The translations under genes were made by a program, and so were the position numbers. Below, piece after piece: positions 46,288 through 47,729 of a stretch of 47,729 bases of DNA. Numbering within the stretch: the first letter of the stretch is position 1; every line of letters starts with the position of its first letter. Origin of the DNA: Octopus bimaculoides. Taxonomy: Eukaryota. The stretch covers positions 38,710,108-38,757,836 of the forward strand of contig NC_068985.1 in NCBI RefSeq assembly GCF_001194135.2, in the 5' to 3' direction. The notes under the pieces are model-generated. The model was not told the DNA's origin. It saw only the letters and a list, made by a program, of their open reading frames with translations, and made no database searches.

Positions 46288-47474
46288 AGCATTATATGTT
46301 TCACCTTTTGTAAAATGTAGCACCTCTACTACTTAATAAAAGTTCTTTGATAGTAAGATACAAGAAAAGATGTATGCACTTCTAACCAGACGGTTTAATC
46401 TAAAGTAGCATCGAATATCATTCTGTAATTCCTATTGTTAATAATTCATACATCTCGCATGCTGCTTGAAAAAGATCTGCGTTTGCTTAATGATAATAGA
46501 AATATTACTCAGGTACTGATTATGTTTAAAAATATTTTATTATCAATGAATCTATCTGGCAATATTTAGAACAAAAAAGAAACACCCTCAAAGAATTGAA
46601 CAAAACAATATATATGCTGGAGCTATTTCGCAGAATATAACTAGCAATATTATTGATTGTATTTACCTTGCAACCATTAATCTAGTTTAAACGATAAACT
46701 CACTACTGGCTGAGTCAGGTCTTGATTGGTAGAAATTCATTTCTTACTGGTATATAATCCTAAGTAATAACATCAGAATAATTTTCTCTCCAGTCTACTG
46801 GAACCATTTCACTTTGTGTTACTTATCAACACAAAGCTGGATAAACTCGAACTCAGACACGATACAATATCTATTATAGTGAGAATGATCCAACGACTTT
46901 TAAAACGTAAATCCGGTTGCTTAACAAATTCATACATGTTCTTCTTATAGGCGCTCACTAATAAGATTGCGTTGAATTACTTCTTGGTTTCAAGCAGATT
47001 TTAAGTAAATCGAGCACATTATTCATTAACATGGAAATTTACGATAGTTTCCGTAGGGGCAACACAGCTATGTTGTTAAATTGCATATTTGTTATAATTA
47101 CTATGAGCCTGTAGCAAAGATGACATATTATATGCGTTATCCACGAGGAAATTATATTTATGAAGAGTAGACAAATTAATGTACTTTTGGTACACTATAT
47201 TCAAAATATGTATGCATTGGGATGTTTGTATAGAGACATAATCTTTATAGACATAACAATAGAATCTGAAAACAGAAAATAGGTTGTGTGATATCATCTG
47301 AAATGATAACACTTCTTTCAAAAATGACATTATAGTGGATTTACATTTATTTTATAGTGACTTCTAGAAATCTAACAAGAAAGTATTATACGAGGTGAGA
47401 GATGAATGTGACGAAATTCACGACTCTTCAATATTTACTTTTGCGTATCTGATATGTTGGATAAATTAATCTGA

Positions 47475-47729
47475 TTCTTTAACTCTTTAACTTTTTAACT
47501 TGTTTCAGTCATTTGACTGCGGCCATGCTGGAGCACCGCCTTTCGTCGAGCAAATCGATCCCAGAACTTTTTCTTTTGTAAGCCGAGTACTTATTCTATC
47601 GGTCTCTTTTGCTGAACAGCTAAGTTACGGGGACGTAAACACACCAGCATCGGTTGACAAGCGATGTTGGGGGACAAACACAGACACACAAACATAGACA
47701 CACACACATATATATATATATATATATGT
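47475..47729 (-). mobile_element. SINE group B, 3' half; continues beyond the window
   Basis: ttgtttcagtcatttgactgcggccatgctggagcaccgcc...gggacaaacacagac, with a (CTTTAACT)n-like tail. Confidence 0.9.

Overview
Eukaryotic, AT-rich, microsatellite-dense draft-assembly DNA with many N gaps, most of them next to simple repeats. The SINE families and repeat landscape best fit an octopod cephalopod (Octopus); this is my recognition, not a database result. I found no intact host gene, rRNA, true tRNA gene or CRISPR array, and almost all tracked ORFs are translated microsatellites or gaps. The interpretable content is transposon debris. It includes three tRNA-derived SINE groups (called A, B, C here), two R4/Dong-like RLE retrotransposon remnants bounded by (TAA)n, a Tx1/L1-like LINE 3' remnant bounded by (GATA)n, a Penelope-like GIY-YIG remnant with an inverted 3'-UTR copy, and two short repeats with a hammerhead-ribozyme-like motif. 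It also includes mariner- and Tigger-like MITEs, a Helentron-associated (HINE/DINE-1-like) element and a Chapaev3-like transposase remnant missed by the ORF track. I did not find a new enzymatic system. The best lead is a tRNA-SINE whose 3' tail matches the 3' end of the Tx1-like LINE in the same window, a candidate SINE-LINE partnership. Other leads are conserved 3' stem-loops, hairpins apparently made by template switching inside TE copies, and a candidate signal-peptide exon near 46.2 kb.
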